Shown here: positions 61,887 through 64,000 of the stretch, one piece after another | Layout of the letters: every line of letters starts with the position of its first letter | How positions within the stretch are numbered: the first letter of the stretch is position 1 | Assembly (NCBI GenBank): GCA_963804995.1 | Contig: CAWDSK010000003.1 | Location: 1,504,001-1,568,000 of the forward strand | Direction: 5' to 3' | DNA from: an uncultured Acidobacteriota bacterium | Lineage (GTDB): Bacteria > Acidobacteriota > Terriglobia > UBA7540 | DNA length: 64,000 nt | Translations under genes and position numbers: made by a program | Notes under the pieces: generated by a model | What the model was told of the DNA's origin: nothing | What the model saw: the letters and a program-made list of their open reading frames with translations, nothing else | The model's database searches: none

Positions 61887-63113
61887 ATGGCAATTAAATC
61901 TGACCTCACTCGCCGTGAATTCCTGAAAGATTCGGCAATTGCCGGCGCCGGAGCAGCGGTGCTGGGCGGCCTCGCACCAGCGCGCGTACTCGGAGCCAAC
62001 GAACGGATTCGCGTGGGCGTGCTGGGAAGCGGGCACCGGGCCCGGTCCGTCATGGCCCATTTCCTCCAAATCCCCTCAGTTGAGATTGTGGCTGTGTGCG
62101 ATATTTATGCGCCAGCCCGCGCCAAGGCTTTGGAGCTCGCAGGCCTCGGGGCACAATCTTATACGGACTATCGCGCCGTACTGGACCGCAAGGATATCGA
62201 CGCCGTTCTGATCGGCAGCCCTGACCATTGGCATAAGCAGATGCTCATCGACGCCGTCCACGCCGGCAAGGATGCGTATGTTGAGAAGCCCATCATGCAT
62301 TCCATCGAAGAGGGTGTGGAGATGGTGCGGGCTGTTGAGGAAACCCAGCGCATTGTGCAGACCGGCACCCAACAGCGTAGTTGGGAGCACTGGATCATGG
62401 GCAAGGAACTGGTGGCTTCCGGCAAGCTCGGCAAGATCACCATGGTCCATACTTACTGGTATCAGGACTATTTGGGGAAGGATAAGTTTCCGACAGTTGA
62501 CCCCGCCGATTTGGATTGGAAGAGCTTTCTGGGCGGTGCACCCGACCAACCCTTCACTCCGGAAAAATTTATCTGGTGGCGTTGGTATTGGGATTTCGGT
62601 GGAGGCATCCTCACCGACCTGCTCACACATTGGATTGACGTCATTCAGTGGTACATGGACCAACCTGCCCCCAAAACCGCCACTACGGTGGGCGGCCTCT
62701 ATCGCATGAAGTGGCAGTGCCCCGACACCGTCACCGCCGTTTACGAGTATCCCGGCGATTTCATGGTTACCTTCACCGGCTCGATCAACGGTGGCGTGGA
62801 CGACGGCGGCATCGAGTTCTGCGGGAGTGACGCGACCCTCAAAATCGACCGTTCCCGTCTGGCCGTATACTCCGAAAGCGAATCTTGGGTGCGGGGCACC
62901 TTCGCGCCTGAACCGGAAATCGTGGTGCGCTCTGAGCACGATGGAACTCTTGACAACGTGAGGAACTTCGTGGACTGTATGCATACGCGCAAGGCGCCCA
63001 ATGCCAACATTCAGGCAGGATTCGAGGCGGCACGCACTTCCTGGATCGGCAACAGCGCTTTGAAGCATGGCATGAAAGTCGTCTGGGACGGGACGAAAGG
63101 CAGGGTAGCATGA
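61887..63113 (+). CDS. TAT-exported Gfo/Idh/MocA oxidoreductase
   Basis: TRREFLK, PDHWH, YVEKP, GTQQRS, WRWYWDF. Confidence 0.93.
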   Translation: MAIKSDLTRREFLKDSAIAGAGAAVLGGLAPARVLGANERIRVGVLGSGHRARSVMAHFLQIPSVEIVAVCDIYAPARAKALELAGLGAQSYTDYRAVLDRKDIDAVLIGSPDHWHKQMLIDAVHAGKDAYVEKPIMHSIEEGVEMVRAVEETQRIVQTGTQQRSWEHWIMGKELVASGKLGKITMVHTYWYQDYLGKDKFPTVDPADLDWKSFLGGAPDQPFTPEKFIWWRWYWDFGGGILTDLLTHWIDVIQWYMDQPAPKTATTVGGLYRMKWQCPDTVTAVYEYPGDFMVTFTGSINGGVDDGGIEFCGSDATLKIDRSRLAVYSESESWVRGTFAPEPEIVVRSEHDGTLDNVRNFVDCMHTRKAPNANIQAGFEAARTSWIGNSALKHGMKVVWDGTKGRVA

Positions 63114-63995
63114 TGGGAGGCGCCAACATTAAGCCGTCGTGGATCCGAGGCTGGGGAATTCCGCTTCTCCTATTGATATGGACCGGATTGCCTGTGCGGG
63201 CGGAGGAGCCAACTCCTGCCAGGGCCTTCTACAATACCTTCACGGACGAAGATGAAATGGCTATGGGCCGCAAGGCTGCGGAGGAGACCGAGAAGCAGAT
63301 ACCGATCCTGGATGCTCCGCTGCTCACCGCATACGTTAACAACCTGGGTCAGAAGGTGGCCCAGTCGTCGCACCGTCCGCAGATTCAATACTCATTCAAG
63401 ATCGTCAATACTGACACTGTTAATGCCTTCTCACTGCCGGGAGGATATGTCTACGTGCATCGCGGACTGCTCGATTTCGTCCAAAGTGAGAGTGAATTGG
63501 CAGGAGTGCTGGCGCATGAAGTGGGGCACATTGTGGCCTATCACAGCATGAACGACGTCGCGCGCCGGGCGCTTGTCGATCGAGGAATCTACGAACTCAA
63601 GAAGGCCGGCGTCGTCAACGATCAGCAGGTGGGCGATATGATTGAGCATTATGGCGGGCCTATCCTGCTTTTTGCGGATCGCAAATTCAGCCGCGAAGAA
63701 GAGTCGGAAGCTGACCTGCTGGGACTTTACAACGCCATTCGCGCCGGATATGACCCCCAAGGATTGATCTCCGCGCTTGCCCGGCTCAGCAAGTTCACGG
63801 GGAATCCCACGCTCGTTCGAGGCCCTGCTCATGAACCACCCGCTCCCAGCCGAGCGTGTTCAGGCGTTGCGCGACGAATTGAAGCAACATCCGGCGCCCG
63901 CCGGCCTCGAAAAAGACAGCCTGGCGTTCCGGGCTGCCAAGCTGCATTTGAAGGCACTGCCGGCGCCACCACCGCCACCTAAGAAACCCCAATAG
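63110..63995 (+). CDS. M48 metalloprotease (BepA-like) with +1 frameshift near 63812-63817
   Basis: VNAFSLPGG, AHEVGH, ESEAD, AGYDP; the second frame continues FEALLMNHPLPAER. Confidence 0.9.
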
Positions 63996-64000
63996 TGCGA

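Overview
This is a GC-rich bacterial chromosomal segment. Its gene content (Oar-like TonB receptor, ADOP-type duplicated ABC permease, TAT-exported Gfo/Idh/MocA enzymes) suggests Acidobacteriota/Terriglobia, which is an inference. Housekeeping genes are gltX, argS, pepA, smpB, acnA/icd/mdh and hemH/hemY. Accessory loci include a ccdA-lgt-tlpA-dsbD(N) redox operon with a duplicated 5-Cys module, a Pls/PosA-type poly-amino-acid synthetase with its PPTase, a vapBC pair and several secreted hydrolases. The intergenic DNA is rich in small mobile repeats. These include several GTAG-type REP families, three MITEs with IS1/IS1595-like ends and perfect 8-bp target duplications that each carry a different hairpin cargo, a TA-flanked IS630-like MITE, a REP doublet holding a probable RAYT transposase remnant, and 7/8-mer tandem repeats. 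The most striking observation is a complete group IIB intron (14829-16741, minus strand) inserted precisely into the stem of a REP hairpin. Its EBS1 loop is complementary to the REP, and empty copies of the same REP occur elsewhere in the window. Four genes (ggt, argS, an M14 and an M48 peptidase) carry +1 frameshifts that are probably sequencing errors, and all lie at or beside TCGAG. No rRNA, tRNA or CRISPR array was recognised.
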